IMG/VR virus record: IMGVR_UViG_3300021389_000035
Location: 1 to 51,714 of that record
Direction: 5' to 3' (one strand)
DNA length: 51,714 nucleotides
Source: a virus
Part shown: positions 1-8,973 of the stretch, piece after piece
Numbering within the stretch: position 1 is the stretch's first letter
Layout of the letters: each line of letters starts with the position of its first letter
The notes under the pieces: generated by a model
What the model was told of the DNA's origin: nothing
What the model saw: only the letters and a program-made list of their open reading frames with translations
Databases searched by the model: none
Program-made: the position numbers and the translations under genes

Positions 1-260
1 AGTACTATAATGGTAAGATGGATCAAAAAGAGTTACTTGCTACTGGATGGGATTTAGATCCATTCGATGGACTCAAAGTACTCAAGGGTGACATGGATTT
101 GTATTATGATGCAGATCCTGAGATTCAAAAGTCCGAAGAGAAGATACAATACTATAATACAATTATAGATACATTGAAAGAAATCGTTCAAAGTCTTAAC
201 TGGCGACACCAAACGATTGGTAACATGATTCGATATAGGGCATTTGAAGCGGGTGCATAA
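1..260 (+). CDS. uvsY: UvsY-like recombination mediator, C-terminal part (5' end outside the window)
   Basis: Frame of the 18..260 ORF stays open back to nt 3. C-terminus ...NMIRYRAFEAGA resembles the recalled T4 UvsY C-terminus ...MRAFEAGK. Sits next to uvsW. Confidence 0.6.
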   Translation, partial: YYNGKMDQKELLATGWDLDPFDGLKVLKGDMDLYYDADPEIQKSEEKIQYYNTIIDTLKEIVQSLNWRHQTIGNMIRYRAFEAGA

Positions 261-359
261 TGCGACAGTATGATGATGAAGATGTAGATAAAGCAAACTG
301 GTTACACGAACATGGCATGTGTGTAGACTTTAACATGATTGACTTAGCAAAGAGACTGT

Positions 360-1871
360 ATGAACAAAGACAACACGATACGGGTGAGAATGTTAAACCA
401 TTCTTATCTGGCGATAGAGAGTAACGCACACCAAGAAATGGAGTTGCGGGAATTCTTTGCGTTTTTTGTTCCCGGCTACAAATATATGCCGGCATACAAA
501 CGTAAGGTTTGGGACGGTCGTGTGAAACTTTATAACACAGTGACAAAAAGTCTTAATGTTGGACTGTACCATCATCTGCGTAAATTCTGTGGTGATAGAT
601 TCTATCCTTTACAGATACTAGAACACGAAGAGTATGGTATTCCTAGTTCAACTACCAAGGTGAATCATCCCGAGTTGGTCAACTACCTAGGAAACCTCGG
701 TAGTCCGTTCGATACGAGAGATTACCAGTACGAAGCGATATCCCATGGTATTGAAAACAAGCGGTGTTTATTACTATCTCCAACCGGCAGCGGCAAGAGT
801 TTTATTATATACAATTTATTGCGGTTTGTCAAGGATAAAGAAAACGTAGGTAAAGTTTTAGTTATTGTTCCTACAACAAGTCTGGTAGAACAGATGTATA
901 AAGACTTCATCGACTATGGTTATGACGTGGAGAATGAATGCCACAGGATCTACTCTGGTAAGGAGAAGGTTACTGATAAAGACGTTATCATCTCTACATG
1001 GCAGTCGATCTATAAGTTTGGCCCCGAGTGGTTCGAACAATTCGATGCAGTGTTTGGTGATGAAGTGCATCTATTCAAGGCAAAGTCTCTATCTACTATG
1101 ATGGATAAATGTGTTAATGCTAAGTATAGATTCGGTACTACCGGTACACTAGATGGTACCGAGACGAACAAACTTGTACTTGAGGGTTTGTTTGGCCCTG
1201 TATATAAGGTTACTACTACTGCAAAGTTGCAAGAAGAGAAAACACTTGCTGATCTAGAGATCTCGATTCTTCTTCTGAGGTATCACAATGATATCTGTCA
1301 ACGGATGAAGGACAAGACCTATCAGGAAGAAATTGACTACATAGTTACAAATGAACGAAGGAATAAGTTCATCACTAAACTTACAAAAGACCTAGATGGT
1401 AATAGTTTGGTCATGTTTCAGTTCGTAGAAAAACACGGTAAGGTTTTATACGAAATGATTAAAGACGCGGTATCTGATACCAACCGGAAAGTGTTCTATG
1501 TTTCTGGTGAAGTTGATGCGACTGACCGTGAGAAAATTAGGGGAATAGTGGAGAAAGAAAATGATGCAATTATTGTCGCTAGTTTGGGGACTTTTAGTAC
1601 TGGTATCAATATTAGGAATCTGCACAATATTGTTTTTGGGACTCCATCAAAGTCTCAAGTCAAAGTACTTCAGTCAATCGGACGTGGACTCAGACAATCC
1701 GACAACGAAGCAGTGACCAAGTTATTTGATATCGCTGACGACTTCTCTGTAAAAGGACACCGTAACTTTACTTTAAACCATTCGGGTGAACGTGTTAAGA
1801 TGTACACGAAAGAGGGTTTTAAGTATAAGATATATAAGATAGACCTAAAAGGAAACGATGATGATATATGA
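360..1871 (+). CDS. uvsW: UvsW-type SF2 helicase
   Basis: 503 aa. Walker A LLSPTGSGKS, DEVH box (FGDEVH), C-terminal helicase motifs (FSTGINIRN, QSIGRGLRQ). N-terminus and length colinear with recalled T4 UvsW. Confidence 0.9.
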   Translation: MNKDNTIRVRMLNHSYLAIESNAHQEMELREFFAFFVPGYKYMPAYKRKVWDGRVKLYNTVTKSLNVGLYHHLRKFCGDRFYPLQILEHEEYGIPSSTTKVNHPELVNYLGNLGSPFDTRDYQYEAISHGIENKRCLLLSPTGSGKSFIIYNLLRFVKDKENVGKVLVIVPTTSLVEQMYKDFIDYGYDVENECHRIYSGKEKVTDKDVIISTWQSIYKFGPEWFEQFDAVFGDEVHLFKAKSLSTMMDKCVNAKYRFGTTGTLDGTETNKLVLEGLFGPVYKVTTTAKLQEEKTLADLEISILLLRYHNDICQRMKDKTYQEEIDYIVTNERRNKFITKLTKDLDGNSLVMFQFVEKHGKVLYEMIKDAVSDTNRKVFYVSGEVDATDREKIRGIVEKENDAIIVASLGTFSTGINIRNLHNIVFGTPSKSQVKVLQSIGRGLRQSDNEAVTKLFDIADDFSVKGHRNFTLNHSGERVKMYTKEGFKYKIYKIDLKGNDDDI

Positions 1872-2247
1872 TTTAAAACAAGTGAAACAACTCAAGTTAT
1901 CCACTGGTGAAGAGATCATGTGTGAGATCCTTGAGGAAGATGATTATGATCTTATTATTAGAAATCCTCTTACCATCCAGTTTGCGCAAACCGAAGATGG
2001 CCAGAGAATGTGGTCGTTCCGTTTGTTCATGTGTTATCAGGATGATCCGGATAGATTCATTCTTTTGAAGTTGGATAAGATTGTCAGTATCGCTAATCCA
2101 GTTGACGAAATTTTGAAACAGTATGTTCAAGCAGTTGATTCTATCATGGATTATGAAGGTACTGAACCAGAGTATGACGATGAGTTTGTTTCGATGGATA
2201 GTGACTCACCTAATAACATTTTAAAGTTCCCTACAACCATTCACTAA
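1858..2247 (+). CDS. hypothetical acidic protein
   Basis: 129-aa ORF overlapping the uvsW stop by 14 nt. No motif recognised. Confidence 0.5.
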   Translation: MMIYDLKQVKQLKLSTGEEIMCEILEEDDYDLIIRNPLTIQFAQTEDGQRMWSFRLFMCYQDDPDRFILLKLDKIVSIANPVDEILKQYVQAVDSIMDYEGTEPEYDDEFVSMDSDSPNNILKFPTTIH

Positions 2248-2320
2248 ACGTTACATTGACTGGGGGGCAGACAACATGCTTATTTTATCATATAAATTTT
2301 AATATGGCAAGGATTATTTT

Positions 2321-2776
2321 ATGAAAGTTGGTTTTACCTGTTCTGCATTTGATCTGTTACATGCAGGTCACGTTCAGATGTTGCGTAATGCAAAAGAACA
2401 ATGTGATTATCTTATTGTGGGTCTACAGACAGATCCTAGCGTAGACCGTTCCGATAAGAACTCCCCTATCCAGACCATCGTTGAACGATACAGTCAACTC
2501 AATGCCTGTAAGTATGTCGATGAGATTATCCCCTATACCACAGAGTCAGACTTGGAAGATATCTTATCCATGTGTCATATCGATGTTCGTATATTGGGGG
2601 AGGAATACAAGGACATGGATTTTACGGGAAAGGATATCGGTAAAAAACGTGGTATCCAACTTTACTTCAATGAAAGGTCTCACAGATTTTCTTCTAGTGA
2701 TTTGAGAAAGAGAGTTGAGAAGGCTGGGACTTTAAATATTTTAAAAACAAACCTTGACATTCCCGACCCATTTTAG
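2321..2776 (+). CDS. cytidylyltransferase-family nucleotidyltransferase (TagD / RfaE domain II-like)
   Basis: 151 aa. N-terminal GFTCSAFDLLHAGH (HxGH motif), C-terminal RFSSSDLRKR (ISxTxxR-like). Colinear with recalled TagD. Confidence 0.75.
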   Translation: MKVGFTCSAFDLLHAGHVQMLRNAKEQCDYLIVGLQTDPSVDRSDKNSPIQTIVERYSQLNACKYVDEIIPYTTESDLEDILSMCHIDVRILGEEYKDMDFTGKDIGKKRGIQLYFNERSHRFSSSDLRKRVEKAGTLNILKTNLDIPDPF

Positions 2777-2782
2777 TATAAT
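2754..2782 (+). promoter_or_regulatory. sigma70-type promoter, perfect consensus TTGACA-N17-TATAAT
   Basis: TTGACA 2754-2759, 17-nt spacer, TATAAT 2777-2782. Lies 27 nt upstream of the gp55 ATG. Confidence 0.7.
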
Positions 2783-2808
2783 AGGGTAAATATAAAGTGA
2801 GAGTACCA

Positions 2809-3393
2809 ATGAAACCTAAAGATAGACCGCATTATGTAAACAATAAAGAGTTCTCCTTAGCGGTAGTAGACTACTGTGAAAGTGTACAGAATGCCACCGA
2901 AAACGGTGATGAACGTCCGATGATTAACGATTATATCGCATCGTGTTTTCTGAAGATCGCAGAAGGACTTTCACACAAGTCCAACTTTGTTCGTTACACT
3001 TACCGTGAAGAGATGGTCATGGATGCAGTAGAAAACTGTCTCAAGGCTATCGAGAACTATGACATCACTAAAGTTACTCGCACCAACGCACCCAATGCTT
3101 TCGCATACTTTACACAGATCTCTTGGTACGCATTCCTCCGAAGAATCCAGAAAGAAAAGAAACAACAAGACATTAAGATGAAGTATATCGCAGAAGCGGA
3201 CGTGAGTATGTTTGTTGATGAATCTGCTGATGGTGAATCTTATGGACAACATGTCGTGGAAGGATTACGGCATCGAATTGATACTGTTAAAGATGCGGAT
3301 AAACAGTTCAAAGACTATGTTAAAGAAGAAAAGAAACAACGGAAGAGACGTGCAGTTAATGTCGATTCTGATCTTAGTGATTTTCTTACTTGA
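2809..3393 (+). CDS. gp55: gp55 late-transcription sigma factor
   Basis: HYVNNKEF...KIAEGLSHKSNFVRYTYREEM...FLRRIQKEKK is colinear with recalled T4 gp55. ATG 2809 is preferred over track GTG 2797 (GAGAG 5 nt upstream). Confidence 0.85.
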   Translation: MKPKDRPHYVNNKEFSLAVVDYCESVQNATENGDERPMINDYIASCFLKIAEGLSHKSNFVRYTYREEMVMDAVENCLKAIENYDITKVTRTNAPNAFAYFTQISWYAFLRRIQKEKKQQDIKMKYIAEADVSMFVDESADGESYGQHVVEGLRHRIDTVKDADKQFKDYVKEEKKQRKRRAVNVDSDLSDFLT

Positions 3394-3418
3394 CAGACTG
3401 ATCTTTATCATGTATAAT
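3390..3418 (+). promoter_or_regulatory. sigma70-type promoter, perfect consensus
   Basis: TTGACA 3390-3395, N17, TATAAT 3413-3418. Overlaps the gp55 stop, upstream of gp47. Confidence 0.7.
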
Positions 3419-3448
3419 AGTAACATCTATTAATAAAATGAGTATTAT

Positions 3449-4513
3449 ATGAAGCTGGCTATACTGAACGACACTCATGCAGGGTGTCGTAATTCTTCTG
3501 ATATCTTTATGGGTTACCAAGAACGTTTCTATTCGGAGGTGTTCTTCCCGTATCTGTTGGAGAATAATATCACCCAGATTCTCCATCTCGGAGATTACTA
3601 CGACAATCGTAAGACTATCAACTTCAAAGCACTTGCGCATAACCGTAAGATCTTTCTGGAGAAGTTGAGAGAGTATGGTATCACGATGGATATCATTCCG
3701 GGCAACCACGATGTGTACTATAAGAATACCAATGAGTTGAACGCGTTGAAGGAACTCCAAGGTCACTACATGAATGAGGTTAACCTTATCATGGAACCGA
3801 CTACTATGGAGTATGGTGGACTGAAGGTTGCAATGGTTCCTTGGATCAATCCCGAGAATGAGAAATCTACTCTGGAATTCCTGAAGACTACCAAGGCAGA
3901 AGTCGTGGGTGCACACCTTGAACTTGCAGGATTCGAGATGGCTCGTGGTCAAGTCTGTAAGGATGGTATGGATAAGTCTGCGTTTGATCGGTTCGAAACT
4001 GTATTGACCGGACACTTTCATGCAAAATCTTCGCAGGGTAATATCCATTACCTTGGTGCACAGATGGAATTCTTCTGGAATGATTGCGGTGACCCTAAAC
4101 ACTTCCATGTCCTTGATACCAAAACAAGAGAACTGGAAGCAGTCCATAACCCAATCACTATCTACGAGAAGATTTACTACGACCACGAGAAGATGGATGA
4201 TTGGAAGTTCAAGGATATGTCTTACTTAGATAATAAGTTTGTCAAGATTATAGTGAACAATAAGGGTGATGCTCTACAGTTCGAACGTTTTGTGGATCGT
4301 GTACAACAACAGAAGATTCATGAACTGAAGATTGCAGAAGACTTCAAAGATTTCCTTGGTGAGAATGTGGGTGACGAAAACATATCTGTTGACGATACTC
4401 ATACTTTAGTCAACGATTATATTGACAATGTTAATACTGATCTGAATAAGGATAGAATCAAAACAGAGATTTCGTACCTTATGAAAGAAGCTCAGAGTAT
4501 GGAAGTAATTTAA
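3449..4513 (+). CDS. gp47: gp47 recombination endonuclease subunit (Mre11/SbcD-like phosphoesterase)
   Basis: 354 aa. Calcineurin-like motifs DTHAG, GDYYD, GNHD, GHFH. Colinear with recalled T4 gp47 and followed by gp46. Confidence 0.85.
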   Translation: MKLAILNDTHAGCRNSSDIFMGYQERFYSEVFFPYLLENNITQILHLGDYYDNRKTINFKALAHNRKIFLEKLREYGITMDIIPGNHDVYYKNTNELNALKELQGHYMNEVNLIMEPTTMEYGGLKVAMVPWINPENEKSTLEFLKTTKAEVVGAHLELAGFEMARGQVCKDGMDKSAFDRFETVLTGHFHAKSSQGNIHYLGAQMEFFWNDCGDPKHFHVLDTKTRELEAVHNPITIYEKIYYDHEKMDDWKFKDMSYLDNKFVKIIVNNKGDALQFERFVDRVQQQKIHELKIAEDFKDFLGENVGDENISVDDTHTLVNDYIDNVNTDLNKDRIKTEISYLMKEAQSMEVI

Positions 4514-4514
4514 C

Positions 4515-4543
4515 TTGACAACCTGTGACTAATGGTGTATAAT
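4515..4543 (+). promoter_or_regulatory. sigma70-type promoter, perfect consensus; -10 ends 8 nt before the gp46 ATG
   Basis: TTGACA 4515-4520, N17, TATAAT 4538-4543. ATG at 4551. Confidence 0.65.
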
Positions 4544-4550
4544 ACCCTTT

Positions 4551-6272
4551 ATGATAAAATTTAAACAACTTCGATATAAAAACTTCCTGTCATCTGGTAA
4601 TGCCTTTACAGAGATAGACTTTACTGCATCCTCTACGACATTGGTCGTGGGTCATAATGGTGCGGGTAAGTCTACTATGTTGGACGCATTATCCTTTGGT
4701 TTGTTTGGTAAACCTCACCGTAAGATCTCTAAAGGACAACTGGTCAATACCATTAATGGTAAAGGAACAGTTGTTGAAGTTGAGTTCTCTATGGGTTCAC
4801 AGGAATATAAGATTGTTCGTGGGATAAAACCTAACATATTCGAAATCTGGGTTGGTGGCAATATGATCAACCAAGACTCTCATGCAAAAGAATATCAGTC
4901 TATGCTTGAGAAGAATATACTAAAACTTACCCACAAATCTTTTCACCAGATTGTTGTTCTCGGATCAAGTTCCTTTGTTCCGTTTATGCAGTTGACCGGT
5001 GGTGCGAGACGTGAGGTAATCGAGGATCTTCTCGACATCAATATCTTCTCTAAGATGAATAGTATTCTGAAAGAAAAGATGTCTGTGTTGAGAGATCAGA
5101 TAACCACGAATGGTTACAACATAGAGATGTGTAAGACTAAGATAAACTCACAGAAGAAGTATCTACGTGATTTGTCTGCAATCAACACAGCACATCGTAA
5201 AGAGAAAGAGTCAGAGATTGAGGCTAACCAGACTGAGATTGAGTTTCTTCAGGGATACAATACTGAACACATGGAGATTGTGACGACACAACTAGAAGAC
5301 GTGTCGAAGAAAATCGAAGGTATAAACTCCAATCGTAACAAACTGATCGAGTACCAATCGACCTTCAAATCACAGATTAAGACTGTGGTTAAGGAAGCGA
5401 AGTTCTTTGACGAGAACGAACACTGTCCTACCTGTGACCAAGGTATTGCCGAAGACCTACGTGAGTCCAAGAAGGTATCTGCGAAGTCACGTGCAAAGGA
5501 ACTGAACTCTGCAATGTCTAAGTCAACTCAACAGATGGGGACTTACGATGAACAACTTGTAGAACTCCATAGTCGGTTAGAAGAGGCCAAGACTTTACAG
5601 AACAATGTGAATAACAATAACCAGATGATTGCTAGGTTATACAAACAGAATGATAGTATTCGTTCTGATATGGATTCACAGTCAGAAACCACCGGCGACC
5701 TCAAGAGTGCTAACGAAGAGTTAGAGACTTTGAACACCGAACTGCACAAAACTCAGGACGAGAAGTATATCCTTGCTGAACAGTACTCGTACAACCAAGT
5801 GAATGCTGAGTTGTTACGTGATACCGGCATCAAGACCAAGATCATCAAACAGTACATTCCGGTCATCAATCAACTGACCAACCAGTACCTACAGATCTTG
5901 GACTTCTTTGTACATTTCGATCTGGACGAGAGTTTTCAAGAGACTATCCGGTCACGTTTCCGTGATAACTTCTCTTACGATTCTTTCTCGGAAGGTGAGA
6001 AACAACGAATCGATTTGTCTCTATTGTTTACGTGGAGACAGATTGCTAAGATGAAGAATTCAGTCGCAACCAATCTATTGATTTTGGACGAGACTTTTGA
6101 TTCATCATTAGACGATGATGGGGTTGACAATCTTATGAAAATCCTGTATAGTCTAGGGGAAGAGACAAACGTTTTTGTTATCTCTCACAAGTCGGAACTT
6201 GAGGATGCTCAATTCCAACGTAAACTGGAATTTGTTAAAGAGAAAAACTTTTCCAAATTAAAAGCTGCATAA
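4551..6272 (+). CDS. gp46: gp46 recombination ATPase subunit (Rad50/SbcC-like)
   Basis: 573 aa. Walker A GHNGAGKST, central coiled coil with CPTC zinc hook, signature FSEGEKQR, Walker B LILDE. N-terminus aligns with recalled T4 gp46. Confidence 0.88.
   Translation: MIKFKQLRYKNFLSSGNAFTEIDFTASSTTLVVGHNGAGKSTMLDALSFGLFGKPHRKISKGQLVNTINGKGTVVEVEFSMGSQEYKIVRGIKPNIFEIWVGGNMINQDSHAKEYQSMLEKNILKLTHKSFHQIVVLGSSSFVPFMQLTGGARREVIEDLLDINIFSKMNSILKEKMSVLRDQITTNGYNIEMCKTKINSQKKYLRDLSAINTAHRKEKESEIEANQTEIEFLQGYNTEHMEIVTTQLEDVSKKIEGINSNRNKLIEYQSTFKSQIKTVVKEAKFFDENEHCPTCDQGIAEDLRESKKVSAKSRAKELNSAMSKSTQQMGTYDEQLVELHSRLEEAKTLQNNVNNNNQMIARLYKQNDSIRSDMDSQSETTGDLKSANEELETLNTELHKTQDEKYILAEQYSYNQVNAELLRDTGIKTKIIKQYIPVINQLTNQYLQILDFFVHFDLDESFQETIRSRFRDNFSYDSFSEGEKQRIDLSLLFTWRQIAKMKNSVATNLLILDETFDSSLDDDGVDNLMKILYSLGEETNVFVISHKSELEDAQFQRKLEFVKEKNFSKLKAA
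6124..6152 (+). promoter_or_regulatory. possible internal promoter within gp46 (TTGACA-N17-TATAGT)
   Basis: Motif match only. Lies inside the coding sequence. Confidence 0.3.
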
Positions 6273-6275
6273 GGG

Positions 6276-6304
6276 TTGACAAACGTTGCCCAATGTTATA
6301 TAAT
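6276..6304 (+). promoter_or_regulatory. sigma70-type promoter, perfect consensus
   Basis: TTGACA 6276-6281, N17, TATAAT 6299-6304. Lies 30 nt upstream of the gp45 ATG. Confidence 0.7.
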
Positions 6305-6333
6305 GACTGTATATTAACTGAGAGAACTAAATC

Positions 6334-7011
6334 ATGGAACTATCTGATCGTACCTTATCGGTACTTAAAAACTTCGCAAACATCAATTCTAACATTGTGT
6401 TTCGTGAAGGCAATGAACTAAAAACTATTTCGGTCGCAAAGAACATTCTTGCAAAAGTTACCCTAGATGACGATATCCCATCCACCTTCGGTATCTACGA
6501 CCTTAATGAATTCCTTAGTGTGTTGGGTCTAGTTGAGAAACCCGCACTAAGATTCGAAAAGACTCACGTAGTAGTCTCTGACTCTACCGGTCTTCGTGGT
6601 AACCGTTACTTCTATTCTGACATTGATATGTTGTCTGCACCTAGTAAAGATGTCATCATGCCAGAACCAGAAGTTAAGTTTACCCTAGATACTGATACAT
6701 TGAGTCGATTGAAGCGTGCGTCCTCTGTCCTAGGACACGATACTATCTCTATCACCCCCGAAGGTAAGTCTATCAAACTTACTGTGGTTGATAACGATGA
6801 CGCAACTTCTAATAGTTTCTTCTCATATGTTGAAGGAGAGTTCCAAGAAGGAGTTGATTTCAACTTTGTCCTGAATGTGAACAACTTGAAGATTGTTTCC
6901 GAAGACTTTGAGGTTGGTATTTCTAAGAAATTGATCTCTAACTTTAAGTCGAAACAATCGTCCATTGAATATTTTATTGCACTTGAAAAATCATCTACCT
7001 ACGGAGTATAA
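6334..7011 (+). CDS. gp45: gp45 sliding clamp
   Basis: 225 aa. LSVLKNFANINSNIVF...GIYDLNEFLSVLGLV is colinear with recalled T4 gp45 (228 aa). Confidence 0.85.
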   Translation: MELSDRTLSVLKNFANINSNIVFREGNELKTISVAKNILAKVTLDDDIPSTFGIYDLNEFLSVLGLVEKPALRFEKTHVVVSDSTGLRGNRYFYSDIDMLSAPSKDVIMPEPEVKFTLDTDTLSRLKRASSVLGHDTISITPEGKSIKLTVVDNDDATSNSFFSYVEGEFQEGVDFNFVLNVNNLKIVSEDFEVGISKKLISNFKSKQSSIEYFIALEKSSTYGV

Positions 7012-7014
7012 GAA

Positions 7015-7233
7015 ATGAGTAACAAAGAAAAGGCACCAACACCACCAGTTAAAGACGAACGTATCGCAGTACTGTTAGACCTCGCTAATCGAGTCTCACG
7101 ATCTACTGTCGCAGTAATCGATACTGTAGTACAACGTGGTGGCTTCAAAGGTGAAGAATTGTCTACGATTGGTCAGTTGCGAGATCAAGCAATTGAATCT
7201 ATCCAACTAGTTGAACAGTTACAAGACCAGTAA
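7015..7233 (+). CDS. hypothetical protein
   Basis: 72-aa ORF starting 4 nt after gp45. No motif recognised. Confidence 0.45.
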   Translation: MSNKEKAPTPPVKDERIAVLLDLANRVSRSTVAVIDTVVQRGGFKGEELSTIGQLRDQAIESIQLVEQLQDQ

Positions 7234-7241
7234 CCAACTAA

Positions 7242-7318
7242 GCGTTTGTCGTCTAATTGGATAAGGCATCCGCCTTCTAAGCGGATTATTGCAGGTTCGA
7301 GTCCTGCCAGACGCGCCA
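7242..7318 (+). tRNA. tRNA-Arg (anticodon TCT), CCA encoded
   Basis: Cloverleaf folded by hand. Acceptor GCGTTTG/CAGACGC, anticodon stem TCCGC/GCGGA with loop CTTCTAA, T arm GCAGG-TTCGAGT-CCTGC, then G-CCA. Confidence 0.9.
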
Positions 7319-7324
7319 AATAAT

Positions 7325-7398
7325 GCGGGTGTAGTATAGTGGTATTGCAGCGGGTTTCCGACCCGCGAACGGGAGTTCGATTCTCTCCACCCGCTCCA
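7325..7398 (+). tRNA. tRNA-Gly (anticodon TCC), CCA encoded
   Basis: Acceptor GCGGGTG/CACCCGC, anticodon stem GCGGG/CCCGC with loop TTTCCGA, T arm GGGAG-TTCGATT-CTCTC, then T-CCA. Confidence 0.9.
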
Positions 7399-7417
7399 TA
7401 TTATTATAGGAGAATGA

Positions 7418-7948
7418 ATGTTGTTTAAAACATATATCCCCGATGTTGTACACCATATGCGGGAACGTGATGAATCTATTGGAGGAGACAATCCTTACAA
7501 ATGGGTTCGTAAGATGACAAGTGAATTGCTTGGAGGGAAGAAGGTTATCGTCTTTGGATTGCCTGGCGCATTTACTCCTACTTGCACTAATGAACAACTA
7601 CCCAACTTCGAACGACTCCATGACGAGTTTGTTGCAGAAGGTATTGAAGAGATCTGGTGCACTTCGGTGAACGATGCATTCTCGATGAACAAGTGGGCCA
7701 AAGACCTTGGTATTATCAAGGTGAAGATGTTACCTGACGGTAACGGTCAGTTTGCAGATGGTATGGGTTACTTAGTTGATAAGTCCAATCTAGGGTTCGG
7801 CAAACGTTCTTGGCGTTACGCACTAGTCATTGATAACATGAGTACTGAACGTTGGTTCGATGAAGACGGTATGTCTGACAATTGTCCGGACGACCCATAC
7901 GAAGTATCTAATCCACAGAATGTCCTTGATACAATACGAAACAGTTAA
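7418..7948 (+). CDS. peroxiredoxin (Prx5-like, AhpC/TSA family)
   Basis: 176 aa. GKKVIVFGLPGAFTPTCTNEQLP contains the peroxidatic-Cys motif PGAFTPTC typical of Prx5-type enzymes. Confidence 0.8.
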   Translation: MLFKTYIPDVVHHMRERDESIGGDNPYKWVRKMTSELLGGKKVIVFGLPGAFTPTCTNEQLPNFERLHDEFVAEGIEEIWCTSVNDAFSMNKWAKDLGIIKVKMLPDGNGQFADGMGYLVDKSNLGFGKRSWRYALVIDNMSTERWFDEDGMSDNCPDDPYEVSNPQNVLDTIRNS

Positions 7949-7953
7949 TATTA

Positions 7954-7975
7954 CCCCCCGAAAGGGGGGTTTTTG
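7954..7975 (+). terminator. rho-independent terminator
   Basis: CCCCCC-GAAA-GGGGGG hairpin (7954-7969) followed by TTTTT. Confidence 0.85.
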
Positions 7976-7976
7976 A

Positions 7977-8005
7977 TTGACAATGAAACACAGGTGTGTT
8001 ATAAT
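7977..8005 (+). promoter_or_regulatory. sigma70-type promoter, perfect consensus
   Basis: TTGACA 7977-7982, N17, TATAAT 8000-8005. Lies immediately after the terminator. Confidence 0.7.
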
Positions 8006-8034
8006 TACCTGTAAATTAAATTATGGAGCAATAC

Positions 8035-8973
8035 ATGAAAGATGAATTCTTATGGGTCGAGCGGTTTCGTCCACAGAAAGTATCAGACACTATCCTGTCG
8101 TCTGACCTAAAAGTAACATTCCAAAAGATCGTAGATGGTGGTGAACTACCTAACATGTTGTTCTCTGGTACTGCGGGTACTGGTAAGACGACTATCGCAC
8201 GTGCCATGTGTGACGAACTTGGTCTTGACTATATTGTCATCAACGGATCTGAAGAGGGTAACATTGATACTCTTCGTGGTAAGATCAAACAGTTTGCATC
8301 CTCGGTATCACTGTCCGGTGGTTACAAGGTTGTTATCCTAGATGAGGCTGACTATCTCAATCCTCAATCTACCCAACCCGCTCTCCGTGGGTTTATCGAG
8401 GAGTTCTCTAATAACTGTCGGTTCATTCTGACATGTAACTTCAAGAACCGTGTAATCGAACCACTACACAGTCGTTGTTCTAATTATGAGTTTAACTTCT
8501 CTAAGAAGATTATGCAACAGTTGTGCGGTCAGTTTATGGTACGTGCACAGGATATTCTGGAAGGTGAGAATGTCAACTATAACAAAGATGTACTTGCGCA
8601 GTTGATTATGAAACACGCACCGGACTGGAGACGTGTTCTGAATGAACTACAACGACACAGTATCTCTGGTCAGTTGGAAACTACGTCTATTATCACTGAC
8701 GCAAACTCAAACTACAGTCTTTTATTCAAGGCGCTGAAGGGTAAAGACTTCAAGAAGATGCGTGGGTGGGTCGTTAACAATATGGATGTGGAACCCGCAT
8801 CTATCTTCCGTGGTATATACGATGCAATGTCCGAGTATGTACAACCCCAATCTATTCCGCAACTGGTGTTGATCCTCGCTGATTATCAATACAAGAATTC
8901 TTTTGTTGCGGATCACGAACTAAATCTGGTCGCATGTATGACCGAAATTATGGCTAATGTAGAGGTGAAATGA
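8035..8973 (+). CDS. gp44: gp44 clamp-loader large subunit (AAA+)
   Basis: RFRPQK, Walker A GTAGTGKTT, DEAD box, SRC motif. Colinear with recalled T4 gp44. ATG 8035 has GGAG 6 nt upstream; track ATG 8023 is an alternative start. Confidence 0.85.
   Translation: MKDEFLWVERFRPQKVSDTILSSDLKVTFQKIVDGGELPNMLFSGTAGTGKTTIARAMCDELGLDYIVINGSEEGNIDTLRGKIKQFASSVSLSGGYKVVILDEADYLNPQSTQPALRGFIEEFSNNCRFILTCNFKNRVIEPLHSRCSNYEFNFSKKIMQQLCGQFMVRAQDILEGENVNYNKDVLAQLIMKHAPDWRRVLNELQRHSISGQLETTSIITDANSNYSLLFKALKGKDFKKMRGWVVNNMDVEPASIFRGIYDAMSEYVQPQSIPQLVLILADYQYKNSFVADHELNLVACMTEIMANVEVK

Noticed and set aside
260-424. 54-codon ORF (MRQYDDEDVDKANW...) starting with a TAATG overlap after uvsY
   Set aside because: It overlaps the well-supported uvsW start (360) by 65 nt. 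It is plausible but unsupported, so I did not list it as a feature.
2256-2298. Promoter upstream of the cytidylyltransferase gene: TTGACT at 2256 with a poor -10, and TATAAATT at 2291
   Set aside because: The -10 candidate (CTTATT) is weak, and the late-type motif has a mismatch at the last position. It is not strong enough to list.
2270-2300. T4 MotA-type middle promoter (TGCTTA box at 2276)
   Set aside because: The spacing to any TAnnnT -10 does not fit the 12 +/- 1 rule as I recall it, and no motA or asiA homolog is recognisable in the window.
3386-4186. Long minus-strand ORFs: 3386..4186 (266 aa), 13910..14422, 30083..30664, 42561..42962, 47168..47689, 50865..51386, 51428..51688
   Set aside because: Each lies antisense to a + strand gene that has clear motifs or tight operon packing. 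Their products are low-complexity or hydrophobic nonsense with no start context. I treated them as shadow ORFs. No minus-strand gene is supported in this window.
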